A stretch of DNA of 64,000 nt from contig NC_047074.1 of NCBI RefSeq assembly GCF_902459465.1, positions 12,524,001-12,588,000 on the forward strand, read 5' to 3'. This document shows, piece by piece, positions 25,131 to 37,975 of this stretch. Numbering within the stretch: the first letter of the stretch is position 1; each line of letters starts with the position of its first letter. The translations under genes and the position numbers were made by a program. The notes below the pieces were generated by a model. The model saw only the letters and a list, made by a program, of their open reading frames with translations, was not told the origin of the DNA and searched no databases. This DNA comes from Asterias rubens (lineage: Eukaryota).

Positions 25131-25517
25131 AGGCAGTGGACACTATTGGTAATTACTCAAAGTAATTATTAGCATAAAACCTTACTTGGTGACGAGTAAT
25201 GGGGGAGAGGTTGATGTCATCTGGTATAAAACATTGTGAGAAACGGCTCCCTCTGAAGTGCCATAGTTTTCGAGAAAGAAGTAATTTTCCACAAATTTAA
25301 TTTAGAGACCTCAGATTTAGAACTTGAGGTCTCGAAATCGAGCATCTAAACGCACACAACTTCGTGTGACAAGGGTGTTTTTTTCTTTCATTATTATCTG
25401 GCAAGTTCGATGACCGACTGAGCTCAAATTTTCACAGGTTTGTTATTTTATGCATATGATGAGATACACCAACTGTGAAGGCTAGTCTTTCACAATTACC
25501 AATAGTGTCCACTGCCT
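25131..25517. mobile_element. Kolobok-like MITE copy between the PARL and IFT81 3' ends
   Basis: Intact TIRs with TTAA on both sides. Confidence 0.85.
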
Positions 25518-26180
25518 TTAATGCCACCGTTCACTAGCTCCTTATGTACACGATTCTCACAAGTAGATCAAAACTGAATCAACCCCCCCCCTTTTGACAT
25601 GTTTAATATGATGCATACGTGTTAACATAAATTATATAACGGTTTGTGAATGGTATTTTTACTATTTCAAAAATAAACAAGTAAGATTTATTTATAATGG
25701 AATGAAGTTTCTTAACACAAATAAAACACTATTCATCAATAAACGGTGATTTTTGATTTTATATGTGTCTTCAAATTTGTATTGACGGGGTTATTAACTC
25801 TGTCTAACCCTATACAGAGAATCAGCTTCCACAGACCATAAAGGCAGATAGATGTTAGATTTGCATCGGTACAACAAATACTATTTGGTTTACCCATACA
25901 CCGATGTGTATGAAGCACTTTATTCTCAGTACTTTCCCCAAGTCCTGTGAAAAACAATCCACAGACATAGCACTCAAGTGGAATTTGAACCCCTTGCATG
26001 GCAAAATTACCCAGATCAACCAATTTAGCGCTTTCCGACCAGTCACTAATTGAACATATGATATAGTACTTTGGCTGGTACCCTTATTTTGGTAAGCGCT
26101 TATTTTGTTGTGCTTAGCAACTTTTTGTGCTTAAGCAGCTCTATGAATAGGGTTCAGATGAGGTTCGGGGGATGTTGAAG

Positions 26181-29100
26181 TTACAGAATGAGTCTGTCTT
26201 CCTGATTCGCCTCATCCCTGATCATCTTGGAGGTGTCACCTTGTCCTATGTTCAGGTGACAATCCCTCTTACACTCCATCAATGTCTGGAAGTCTTTCCA
26301 CATCTTCATCTGCTTCATGCTTGGGCCGTGGCTCTCCTTGATCGACTTCTGCTTGTCACGAAGACTCTGCAAAAGACATTGCATCAATCCAACAATCAGC
26401 ATGATGTAATTGATTATCGTTACTATTATTTTGTTTAATCTCATCACAGCATGCAAAAGAAAGATTCCTTTGTGCAAGTAACTCCTTGAGTTGGGCAACA
26501 TCCAATAGCCTTAGATCTCAAGGGTTTTTTTCAGGATTCTCGCTGTTCCCAAAAGCGCCGCCTTCTGTTACAGGTCATCCTCACAGTTGTTCCTGTTTCA
26601 TCTAGACGTTTCAGAATGGTGCCAAGTGCTCCAACCACCACAGGGACTACCTTTACTTCATTGTTACTATTATCTTTATCATTATTATTATTATTTTTTG
26701 TCTCTTTTTTTTCGGCCAAGATTTCAACAAAGAGTACAAGATACAATATAACAGAAACACTATAACAAGATTGCAAGATCCCCTAAACCCTCCTGCAGCC
26801 GATTTCACGAAACACTAGGATTGATCCTACCTCGAGTGAGGACGAGTAACACGTCCTAACTTAGGATGGGTTCAATGCGTCCTATATATTTTGATACGGA
26901 ACTGAGCTCGTTGTAAGTCCTAAGACTGATCCTAAGTTAGGAAGAGTTTGGTGAAATCAACGGCTGCCCTCTCAACTCACCTTGCCAAGGTTTTCCTGCT
27001 CCTGTATCTTTCTAGTGTACTGATCCCTAAAGGCTTTCTTCTTCTCAGTAGGGTCGGACGATGTGTACGCCTTCATCTCATCCGAGACTCTCTGCTGCTG
27101 CATGGCAATGACACGACGCATGCAGTTCAGATAATGGAAACGGCTCTCTTCCTGTGAACACTCCTCCCTGTAAGCTCGAACTTCCTAAAGTAGAAGAGAT
27201 TTTCAAAAGGCGTTAAGTCCTGGGCCTAATTTCATAGCGGTGCTTAACGGTAAGCAAATTTTCGTGCTTACTGTAGCAAAAAAATTGCGAAAGGTGCGAG
27301 CATATTTCACAGGTTAGCAGAAAAATTGGGCGGCCATATTGCGTGTTTACCATGGCTTTGCATTGTGAAGTCATATATATTTTTGTGCAGTAAGCACCGG
27401 AAGGTTAGCAGGGAAGCAGCGCTATGAAACGGAAATCGCTCAGTAAGCACAAAGACGGCCGCTAAGCACCGCTATGAAATTGGGCCCTGAGATCTAGGTC
27501 CAATTTCATAAAGCCTGTAATTATAAAAACTTGCTAAGCACAGAAAAAAATTGTTTAACAGAAATGGACTACCAACCAAATTTACAGTTGGTTTACATTG
27601 TACGACTGGTGTCCCACTCAATTGTTTTTTTTTTTTGCTTTAATAGCATAGACATTTTCAAGCAGTATTTTTCTGGGCCCAATTTCACAAATGTATGTTT
27701 CTAAATTGTGAGAAAATAGAATTAGTTGTTGCAAACAACTTACCAACCACATAGACAGATGGTGTAAATGCCAAAAATAGTTAATGGCCCGACGTTTCGA
27801 CCCGCATGCAATTTTTTGCATTTCTTATTACCGTAAGATGTAAATGCGAGCTAACCTGTTCAAGCTTTGAGCGATTGCTCTCCAGTCCAGCCGCTAGGGT
27901 ATCGTAAGCAGACTTCTTCTCATTGTGCGATGTCTCGATCTCCTGACTCCGTTGTCTCAGTGGCCGGAGCTCCTTGATGACCGGTGCCAGGTCGGCCTTC
28001 TTGACCGAGATCGTCATATTCAACTTCGTGACCTGTCGGGTTCCATTAGTATATATATTATAAGTTTTCACACAACAGAAAAACAGAAAAATATAGCGCT
28101 TCTGCATCCCATATCCACTGAGGCCGTATGGAAAATATACTTGCATGCGCACTTCCACACAACCACTGAGCGTTGCATGCACTTTGACCCTTCCCAAAAT
28201 TAGAGCCCGGGAAAATTTGCATGGATTTTTTTAAAAACATTATTAAAGTTAAAAAAATGGGCATTCATGATCGGTACACAAAAAGAGTAGTGACACGAGC
28301 TTAAACCCTGCCAGTGTTCATAAGACTTCATCGCCGATCTTTTAATTTTCTTATTCAAAACCACGTTGGATGATATTGAATGGTCAGACAGTACAAGGGT
28401 TTATCGAAAGTCAAAACAACCTTGTTTGCTCTTACCATTTCCGACATATCCTCCAACGTCCGTCCCTTCATGTCGTCCAGCTCGCTCTTAATGGCTGACA
28501 CTTTCTCCAATTCCTCCTGGGTATCATGGTAACCAGACACGCCCTTCTTAGCTTCAAGGTGAGCCTGCAAAAGATATCAAATCAGGACGAATAAAGCAAA
28601 AGCTTTTTTCATTTCGTCAAATTTACCATGTTTGACCCCTAACGGGAAAGTATATCTTTTTTTTTTTTTTTAACTCTTTGATTACTTAAATCATGTATAA
28701 ATGTATCTATATATACAATTGATATATACTTGTGATTGATTTAGCCGAGTAGCGCATATTAATGTTGCACAAGGCTGTATACTCCCCACCAGGGAGCTGA
28801 GATGGTTTAAGGAGTGATTTAAGGCCCAGTGACCAGGGGTAATAATGTGAAGCGCTTTGGGACGCCCTCCGGGTGTGAAAAGCGCTATATAAAAACGGGT
28901 TATTATTATTATTACAATAAAAGTAACATGTGAACAAGTTATTAGAAAAATAATAATAATAATGTCCACGCAGGAAGAATAATCTGTAATAACCCGTAAT
29001 TGGAATACACAATATAAGAAACGAATCTGACAGTAACAGTTCTCAGATTTAAATTTGACCACATTCCTTTGAAGTTTAATGATTCTCAGAATGCTAAATA

Positions 29101-32100
29101 ATTATCCATATACACGACTATTAAATACACAATAAGATGCATTAAGACTCAGTTAAATTAGTGCGGAATTCACAAATCACACAAACAAAACAATATTTCC
29201 TAAAAGTTGTAATTTCTAGTAAGGGGGCCTTAGCCCAGCCACATAGCAATAATCCAGGTGTACTGATTAGTTGTATCGAAAATAATACGTTTCTAGAGCA
29301 TTATATTAACTGTGGCAGATAAGATCATTACAAAATGTAAAACTTGCCAGTTGTTTCTGCAACCCTTCATCCCTCTGCCTGAGGATCTCTTCCGTTCTTG
29401 ACAGCACGCCGTGCTCGGCCCGCAACTCGGCCAACTCCTGCCTCTTCTTCTTGTAGATCGTGCTTTTCCCTCGCAGCTTGTTCACGTAGCGTTTGAACTG
29501 CAATCAATAATGAGAAAATAGAGTCAGCTGTTGCCAACAACTCACCAACCAAAAGGACCAATTGTATAAATTCTCCAGAAGACGATCAGAGCATACTGAT
29601 CGAAACGTCGAGTTGAAACCAACGGTTCCTTTCAGAACCACCCAACTCATTTAGAGGTAGTCATTAGGCATAAATGGTGTTACCGCAAACCTTTCCATAT
29701 CGTATTTCCACCATGCAAAGTTTCAAATCCTACGTATGCAAAAATAATTAATGGCAATCACAACAGCACCTACATACTGAACATTTGTATAGAACAATGA
29801 ATAGTATTTTTCAGGATTGTACGAATCTTCATCGTGTTCTGTTAATCTTTGTTCTGCTATTCAACCCAATGTACCCAAACTGAGTTTAGAATAGAAAATA
29901 ATCTGGAATCTTTAGAATCTTTTGGGTCCCGCCTTCAAGCCCCCCCCCCCCTTTTATTATTATTATTATTTTTTTTTTTTACAGTGGGAAGGGTGGTTTG
30001 TTACTGTAGGGTGGGTTTCAGTGGACATTCTTTGTGGCAGGACGGCTTTGTAGAGGTGCTGGTCGACTGTTCCTCCTCGCCACTCACTGACTCACTCACT
30101 GGTATTTTAAGCTATTTTGATTCATTGTTTCTTTATGTATCGACTTGTATATTTATATTTGTATGCCAGTGTAAAGTCTTATAAAGCTAAAACTAAAACT
30201 AAAACTAGAGAGCATCCTGTCTCGCAAGCTTGTTCCCGAATATTCATGCTATCCTTATGAAATATGCTTACTCTTAAGCAAATTTCTGTACTATAGCTAG
30301 CACGAAAAATTAGTCACCAAAGGTATTTCATTTTACAATACCATCAGCTTAGTCCATTATTGTTAGTGATGTTGATTGTTGCATTATTTTTCCACTAGCC
30401 CGGCTGTAAATCTGGTAGTCTCGGGCTAGCAGGCTAGTGCAATTTCAACCCACCCTGCCCTATGAAATATGATTACTCTGCTAGCATGCAAATCTGCTTA
30501 CCCTTAAGCAGCTATATGAAATTGTGTTTACCTCATCTCCTTTAAGAACTTTATCTCCCTGCACACCCTTCACTCCCTGTCGTTTCTAAGCTAGCTCCTG
30601 CCAGCGAGAAGCCAACTTGTCTTTCAAACTTGCTTACCGCTAAGCATCTTTATGAAATTACGCTTACCTCATCTCCTTTAAGGACTTCCTCCCCTTGTAC
30701 ACCCTTCACTCCTTCTCGTTTCTCAGCAGCCTCCTGACGACAAGCTGCCAGCTCGTCTTTAGATTCCCGGAGGTTCTCTGCCGCCGCCTCTTTCTTGCGA
30801 GAGATGATGGAGGCCTGTTGTCTGAACAGCGACATCTTGTCGTCGATGGGGTCATTTCGCATCATGCGCTTCTCGATCAGGCCGTTGACGTCCGAGTTGA
30901 TGGTCTTGATCTGAAATGAAATGCCACTTAATTTTTCAATCGATGTCAAAGACAGATCATATATTTTTACTTCACTAATGTACTGGGCCTCATTTCATAG
31001 AGCTGCTTCACTGCTTAAGCACAACAAGTGCCTAAGCACCAAAAAATTCTGCTTACCACATTTTGGTTACCAACTAAAATACACATGTACCATCTGTGAC
31101 TGGCATCCTGCATATTGTTGCTCAGCAGCAAATTGTTAAGCAATTTGAAGTTGGGGCCTGTTTATTTCACCTGTACTATTACAAAAGTTTGTCCGCCAGC
31201 CCGCCAAAACAAAGTACTCGTCAGTAAAAAGTTACCAACCAAAAAGCCATGCAGAGTGTTATACTCCAATTGGTTCCCACTTGGTAGTTTCCTTTATGAT
31301 AATAGGAAAAAAACAACCCACCTGTGAGTTTATTTCATCCAAATCACTCTGTCCCATGGCGGGCTCGTTGACGACTCGTTCCAGGTCCTGACACGCTTTG
31401 CGCTTAGCGTCAATCTCCTTAAGAAGTTTGTCCTGGCAAAGATAAGCATTGACCTTGTTCTCCTCCTCCAATTTCTTGATCAGACCTGGAGAAGAAAAAC
31501 TTTCATTGACAACATTAAGGAGAAAAATCTACAAAGCAGGGACAATCCTGCTTAGTGAAAACTGATTACTACCCAAAATGCAAGATATAATATGCATGCA
31601 CTCCTCTCCCAACTTCTTGATTAGACCTGGGGGAGAAAAATGTCTTTGACTAAATTGAGGAGGAAAATCTACTAAGCAGCTAGACAATCCTGCTTAGTGA
31701 AAACCGCTTACCACCCCAAATTTACCAATATTGCTCATGGTAATCAATAGCTAATTGTTTTCTTAAAACCTGGGCCCAATTTCAAATTCTGCTCTGCAAA
31801 TTCCTTTGCTAAGCAATAAATGGTACCACCAGTCACAGCTATAGTGTCATGTAACTGGTAACCTATTTTTGCTAAGCAAGAGTTTTCTGTGCTTAATAAG
31901 ATTTTGTGCTTACAGGCTTTATAAAATTGGGGCGTGTACCCAGCATTCAAATTAATATTCAATTTAATCAGTCAAAATACATAAAATAAAAAAAAAAATC
32001 ACAATGTAAAAATGACTCATTTAAAAGCAATACTACAGTGAAAAAAAACAAATTTGCAAGGTGCAAATACTAAACCATGAATCAAAAACCCAATTTAATT

Positions 32101-35100
32101 TGTTGTTGTTGTTGTCTTACCCTCTGCAGAAGCGCCAACAGTGGACTGTTTGATGTCTTTAAGTTGTTGTGTGAGACGATACAACCGCTGATCAGCATGC
32201 AAAGCCTGCAAACAATAAACAGATAAACAGTTCAGCTATAATCAATACAGAGATGTAATAAAATACAGAGATGTAGTATAAATAAAAGGCTGTTGAATAA
32301 AACAAAAAAACTGAACTATGAGCACAAAGTGCTATTAAACAATTCAGACACTAGCGATTGTTAAAGTCAGAACAGTTTGGTAACGAAAGGGCTAAGGTGA
32401 GCAGAGCTATGCAATTGAGCGCAGGTACCACACCTGGTTCTTCTGATCCTGTTTCTGCTGGGCCAGCGCCATCTCCCGATCTTGCTCCTTGCGGAAGTTC
32501 CTTGCAATCTCCAGCATCTTCTCATGGTTTTGAACTGTCTCAACCTTATGATAATAAGAAGAAAATACATTTATAAAGATAGTTAGATAGTTTAGTTTAT
32601 TGTTTTTTTACACTCGAGGCCAATGGCCAAACTACAGTAAAAATTCAAATCGAAATGATGACCGAAGGATTAGTGTAAAAACCTACAACAATCCATATGA
32701 GATGCAGTAAAAAAAAACGGATGGACCAAGAGCAGTAAAAAACTAAGCAGGCAGCAAAACAAGGGCGTCCTCATTATGTTAGAAGGCATCTTATGTAAAA
32801 TACCCCAAAGCGCCTTACAATAAAAACCATAAAACACAGGCAATAAAATACTTTAAAGTAAACAAAATTGAAATTAACAACAAATTAAGTGTACATACAG
32901 AGTTCAGGGAACTACGTAATCAACACAGCATAATTATAACTGATTTTTATTACATTCATTTCATTTATTCTGGTTGTGAAGCCAATGACTCTCAGAAAAG
33001 CAAACTAATAATCACTCTACTAGCCAAGAACCTAAATGGTGATAAAGACAAGGAAGTTTCAGTTTGAGATCTGGGAGGACAACCCACAGAGAATTATTCC
33101 AGGAAAAACCCATGCAGTCAGGTAGGGACTGAAAACCCAATCCACATAGTGCCCTCGGCGTTATTCGAACCAGGGTCCTAGAAGTAGAATGCGAAGAATG
33201 ATCAGGCATATTACTCCACAGAGCCAATGACGTTGATTGCCTCCATGCCCCCTGGTCATTGCCTTGGTGCCCCCTAAAATGCTACAGAACAATTTCTTTG
33301 TAGATGCCCTTTACCATGGAGAAAATACCTTGGTGCCATTGCCCTTTCAAAAACAAATCACACAGGCCTGAAAGATACAAACCACTGATTGTGATAACCA
33401 AAATATTTTCTTTGTAGGTGCCCTTTACCAAGGAGAAAATACCTTGGTGCCATTGCCCTTTCAAAAACAAATCACACAGGCCTGGAAGATTGTGATAATC
33501 ACAATAATTTTTGGGAGAGAACAAAATTGCGTTACCCGTTTCTTAAGTCGCTCAATCCTCTTGAGTATCTGCTCCTTCTCTTCTTCCATCTGGGTGATAT
33601 CTCGTCGGATCTCATTGGTTGAGAAGCCAGACGTCTTGAGCGTCTCCGAGACCTTATGGAGCTCCTTAAACTGGTTCACCATCTCAGCATACTACAAACA
33701 TAAAATCAGGAACATAGACTAAGTATTGTTACTGGCTTTCGTCCCATGCATAGAGAGACGTTCTCTTTTTGCCTTGTGGGTAAAGTAAGCTCTGATATTT
33801 ACCAGGTCCAAACTCAACATTTGAGGTTTTTTTTCTAAAGACACTAAACGGCAAAATAGAAGACTGCTGGACTTGTCCGGCTGTGAGTTTACTGGCCCGA
33901 CAATTAGAAATAAATAAAAAAATTGGTTTTTGGTTTCAAACAGAGAAATCAAATCCTTGCTACTTCATACGAGGATCCAAAGATACCAACCTGAGCGTAG
34001 GTGTCAGCCACTTGATCATCTTGTATAATCTCTGGAGGGACTTCAATCTTGACCAGGAAGCGAGCCAAGTAGGCTCTCTTCTTGAGCTCTGGCATCTTCT
34101 GGAACAGCCAGACTAAGATGGGATAGATGACTGGTTTATAGCCGGAGACCAACCCCTGACGGAATGTACTCCTGTTTTTGTGGTTAAAAGAGATGCTGGT
34201 TCATTATTGGTTTCGGCAAGAGATGCACGGTGGACAATATTTTGAAATCTGTGCTGGGCGGCACAAGTATTTTGCTCAGAGTGCTGGGCAAAAATTGTGA
34301 GTTCTGGGTCATCAAAGGGTCAATCAATAATGTTACTTACGGGTCTTCATTGGGCTTGTACTTCAAGACTCGAAGTTCGTTCATCATTCGCACCGCTGTC
34401 ATATCTGCCGTTTCCTCACGGATGTCCAATTTGTGCTGATTTTAGATAAAATAATATCAGACAACTTGTGAGACTGAGGCATTACATTAGCTCAAATCTT
34501 GTTCTGATTGCACTAACTTCTTTCTAGATGTCATAAATTACTGCCCTTGTTTGACGAGAACAAGTAGACTTAACAAGATTTTGAAGGGACAAAAACATGA
34601 ACTAAACTTAAATATAGACTTTCAACTTCTTTTGGTAACTTTCTGAAGCACAGACAAGTGGCTAAACTCCTCAAATATTTCTTTATTTATCAAACAAAGA
34701 CAAATTTACGAGAGCAGGATTTGAACCTTCGATCTCCAGCATGGACCTAATCGCTCCAGATTTTAGGCATTATATCAAAAAACGAGCTACCATCTTTTAT
34801 AATGAAGTTTTCACAGGTTAGTTTTATTATGTATATATCTACAATTATATAGGATTGCAACAAACAGTGGGTTCCAGTTACCAAACGTATACAATCCAGG
34901 CCTGGAACTACACGCAGGTCACTGAGGCCATGACCTTTGTTGCCCCCTGGCTTGGCCTTGGTGCCCCTTGAAAAGTTTCCCATTGACTTTAAGATTTTTT
35001 ATTATTATTGGTTTATTAAAAAAACATTCAAACATCGCAGCAAAAGGCTGAAGTGAGTTTAAAATACAGAGATTTATAAAATTAGATATTTCCCAATGGA

Positions 35101-35734
35101 AGTGCCCCTTGCAAGGTGAAAATGTGACCCGCTACATGAAAATGAGTCAGATGTCGCCCAATGCGTTATTAAGTAATGGACAGTATAATGTGGGGGAAAA
35201 AAAAGAGGAAAAAAAAACATTTTATTTCTATTTTTACTTTTTAAGAGATATATTTGCATGGTTAACCTTTAGAACACTTACTTTTAGGCAATAAAGCTAT
35301 GAATACAACAATTTTGTGATAGTTTAAAACATCACTTTACTTGTAATTCGTTTTTCAGAAAAAATGATGTATTGGCTAATTTCAAACGGAAGTAACTCAG
35401 CAACGCGATACACCCCAAAGCTAAGACATAATATACCAAATTACTGCTGTTGGTGTGTTCTTTCCAGCCATGCATATAACTCAATCCTTGAAATTGTCAA
35501 CACCTGACTCATTTTCACGTAGCGGGTCACAAATGGCCTTGCCCTTCAAAGATGAAATTCCACGCCTTCACTCCCTTATGCCCTCCTTACCTGTGGATTG
35601 ATTTCAGATAAGACATCATTAGCCACTTGAAGAAGCTGTAAAGGTTCTAACGAGTCAAAGCTGATCAAGTTGTAGGAACGTTTGAACGGCTCCTTGTTCA
35701 GCTGCTCAACGATGAACTTCAGCTGCTCACTCAT
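26181..35734 (-). CDS. IFT81: Intraflagellar transport protein 81; 13 coding exons, 674 aa
   Basis: Exons: 35734-35591, 34435-34341, 34171-33991, 33691-33536, 32544-32434, 32205-32121, 31485-31322, 30910-30668, 29497-29348, 28564-28436, 28032-27856, 27184-26981, 26366-26181. Total 2025 nt. N-terminus [36 protein letters not shown] and C-terminus QEDRLIL* match IFT81 as recalled. Intron 29347-28565 is GC-AG. Confidence 0.97.
27223..27486. mobile_element. Harbinger-like MITE (GGCCYAATTTCATAG termini, CTG target duplication)
   Basis: TIRs and CTG flanks visible. Related copies at 60123-60362 (also CTG-flanked), about 4200-4422, 30985-31160 and 31770-31935. Confidence 0.8.
28745..28915 (+). mobile_element. 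3' tail of a SINE/L2-CR1-like retroelement
   Basis: TGTGAAGCGCTTTGGGAC...AAAAGCGCTATATAAA followed by (ATT)n; related to about 43410-43570. Confidence 0.5.
29573..29612 (+). ncRNA. Minimal type-I hammerhead-ribozyme-like motif of the Penelope-associated kind (variant core)
   Basis: CTC-CAGAAGA-C-GATCAG-agcata-CTGATC-GAAA-C-GTC-GAG: perfect 6-bp stem II, GAAAC-GTC, 3-bp stem I. The core reads CAGAAGA instead of CUGANGA. Confidence 0.45.
33295..33500. repeat. Tandem duplication, period about 114 bp, within a GGTGCCATTGCCCTT repeat family member (IFT81 intron 4)
   Basis: GGAGAAAATACCTTGGTGCCATTGCCCTTTCAAAAACAAATCACACAGGCCTG occurs twice. Family relatives at about 14290-14460, 34895-35120, 38395-38500 and 60765-60900. 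Confidence 0.8.
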
Positions 35735-36738
35735 TTTGGAACACCCTCTTGTTTAACCTGAGAATAAAGTGACAAATAAAATACTTCATTAAACAGCCGA
35801 ACTAACTACTTCTTTACATCTTCTGTAAATAATTAATTAAGGCCCCCTACCCTTACGTTAGAGTGCCGTTTCGCTCCGGGTTCTGTTTTTGTCCTTTTTC
35901 TTCAAAGTATTTCCTCAATGGTGTTTTGAGTGTTATGAAAGGATGCATTAGACATTGAGGATCAAGCTCGTGCCCTTAGAATTTTTGTCATGATTTTTGA
36001 AAGTGGCAAAAATGGGGCAAATCTGGTGACTAGCTGTCGAAGTTGTACGTGTTGGACCAAATTCCTGTTTGCCGTTCAAAAGTAGCTCGTAACCCTCCGG
36101 CTTCGCCGTCGCGAAGAGGGTTGTACGTTATGCAACAACCCTTGCATTATCTTTTTTATTAAATATCAATTGATGTTTTATTTTTTTGTCTGTTGCAGTT
36201 TATGTTTTATTGTTATGTTTCTGGCGGGGAGGAAATTTTGAAAAGTTTCTGTATCCTGCCACTACTTTTCATTCTCTTTTTTAAGCCTTGTTTTTAGTTA
36301 GTTAGGCTTTGTCCTTTGAGTTTTACGAACAGATGAATAAATACTAAATAAAATACTTTAAAAAATCTAAATAAAACAGTAATTAACTTGCTCAATCAAA
36401 ATGAAATATTTCCTTTTGTAAAAATGAGTGAAAAAGTGGTTATGGGATAGGGAAAGTTTTCCAATTTGGCCCTAAAAATTTAAAATAAATCATAATCAGA
36501 TGTGGAAAAGAAATGCGCAGTTTCGGAAATGCGCAAAAGACATACACGTAAGGGTAACGCAGTAATTAACACGATTTCACAAAATTAAGCGCATTTCCAC
36601 TATATTTTAAAGCTAAACAGGCACAAAGGGTTCTCCAACCATTAATATAACATTAAATATCGTTAGAAGAAAACAACAACAACAGCTAAATATATGTTGA
36701 ACTTGAGTTATAAATTTAACAATGTTTTTCTCTTTTAC

Positions 36739-36860
36739 CTCGCTGCCAACTTTGGTTTTTCGTCCTCCAAATAGCACAACGTGCCGCGCTAGCAACCAAA
36801 GATCTCGAACGAAAGTATTCAGTTTCCCGGATGTTCACTGCATTGTGGGAAACAAACTCA
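36739..36860. promoter_or_regulatory. Putative IFT81 non-coding first exon and promoter, probably shared with the BTB gene
   Basis: Minus-strand donor GAG|GTAAAA at 36738 and acceptor at 35758 just before the IFT81 ATG. ETS-like CCGGATGT near 36827-36834, ZNF143/Staf-like TTTCCCACAATGCA (minus, 36839-36852), X-box half-site GTTGCTAGC (minus, near 36788-36796). Confidence 0.55.
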
Positions 36861-37975
36861 GCTTGGTGTTTGCTTGTGTATCTATGCTTGTACGTATATT
36901 GCCATATTGTTTACGTTTTGTTGTTTACATAAACTGGAAACAAAGTTTAAAATTGTTTTGTCATGAATGTATCTGTAGTGGAATTGATCCATTTTCTTCA
37001 TTTCATAATTTATATTGCTGAAAATAATAGAACTGTAAGTTGTAGGTATTCTTGTCTCAATATTGCGGGTGTATTCTGCTGCAAGCTAGGGGTATCCCAC
37101 TGAGAGTGCAATACAACATGCAACATCAATTTAAAGGGACGCTAGTTTTGTGCGCTGCTGCACCGTATTAAACGAGTAACGGGTTCTAAAACGTGATTGT
37201 GTTGATGTTGTGTAGCTAGTACGTTCCTTTCGTGTATGTTGATGATATGACGGGACGAATGCATGTCAAAGTGGCATGAGTGATCGTTTTTTACGGATTT
37301 TGACTTAGACCCTAGATCCCTGACATGCATGACATTATTAAGAGTAGACGCTGAAACAGACTTCAGTAAAAAGCTAGGTGAGCATTATTATATTTGTATT
37401 ATTTTGTTTATTTTGAAATAAATCTTTAGTTAACTTTGTTTTACTTTTTAATTTAGTTTGAATAAAAAAGAAAAAAAGTATTTACTTAGTAAATAAATAG
37501 TACTACTAGTAGTTAAGTTAGGCCTGTTGGATAACTTTCCCTATGGCGCCACCACTTTTTCATTCGATATGAAATAAAATAGTATCTAATTTACCTCAAT
37601 GAGAAATCCCTCTTTGTTTGTAAAAATGAGTGAAAAAGTGGTGGTTCCATCATACAGAAAGTTATCCCTCTTTAGTGGCCAGCTTGCAGGCAACAGCTAG
37701 TTGGCCGTCTACAGGTGAGATGAGAAACAAACTATCTAAACTATGCGTGTTTTTTCCCCCCTTTTAACTGCACTATAAATAAATGCACTTGCTTTCATGT
37801 CTCGTAATTTGCGAGCCAACGTATGCACGCCAATGCAGTAAGCTTTTTGCGAATGTAATTGAGTCTGTACTTACACTGAAGAAGAATAAGAAGAAGTGTC
37901 TTGCGACACATAGGGGAAAAAAAGGCGCATTTATAATTGCGTCACGAAGTTTGGCATCGCATTGATAAAACATAC

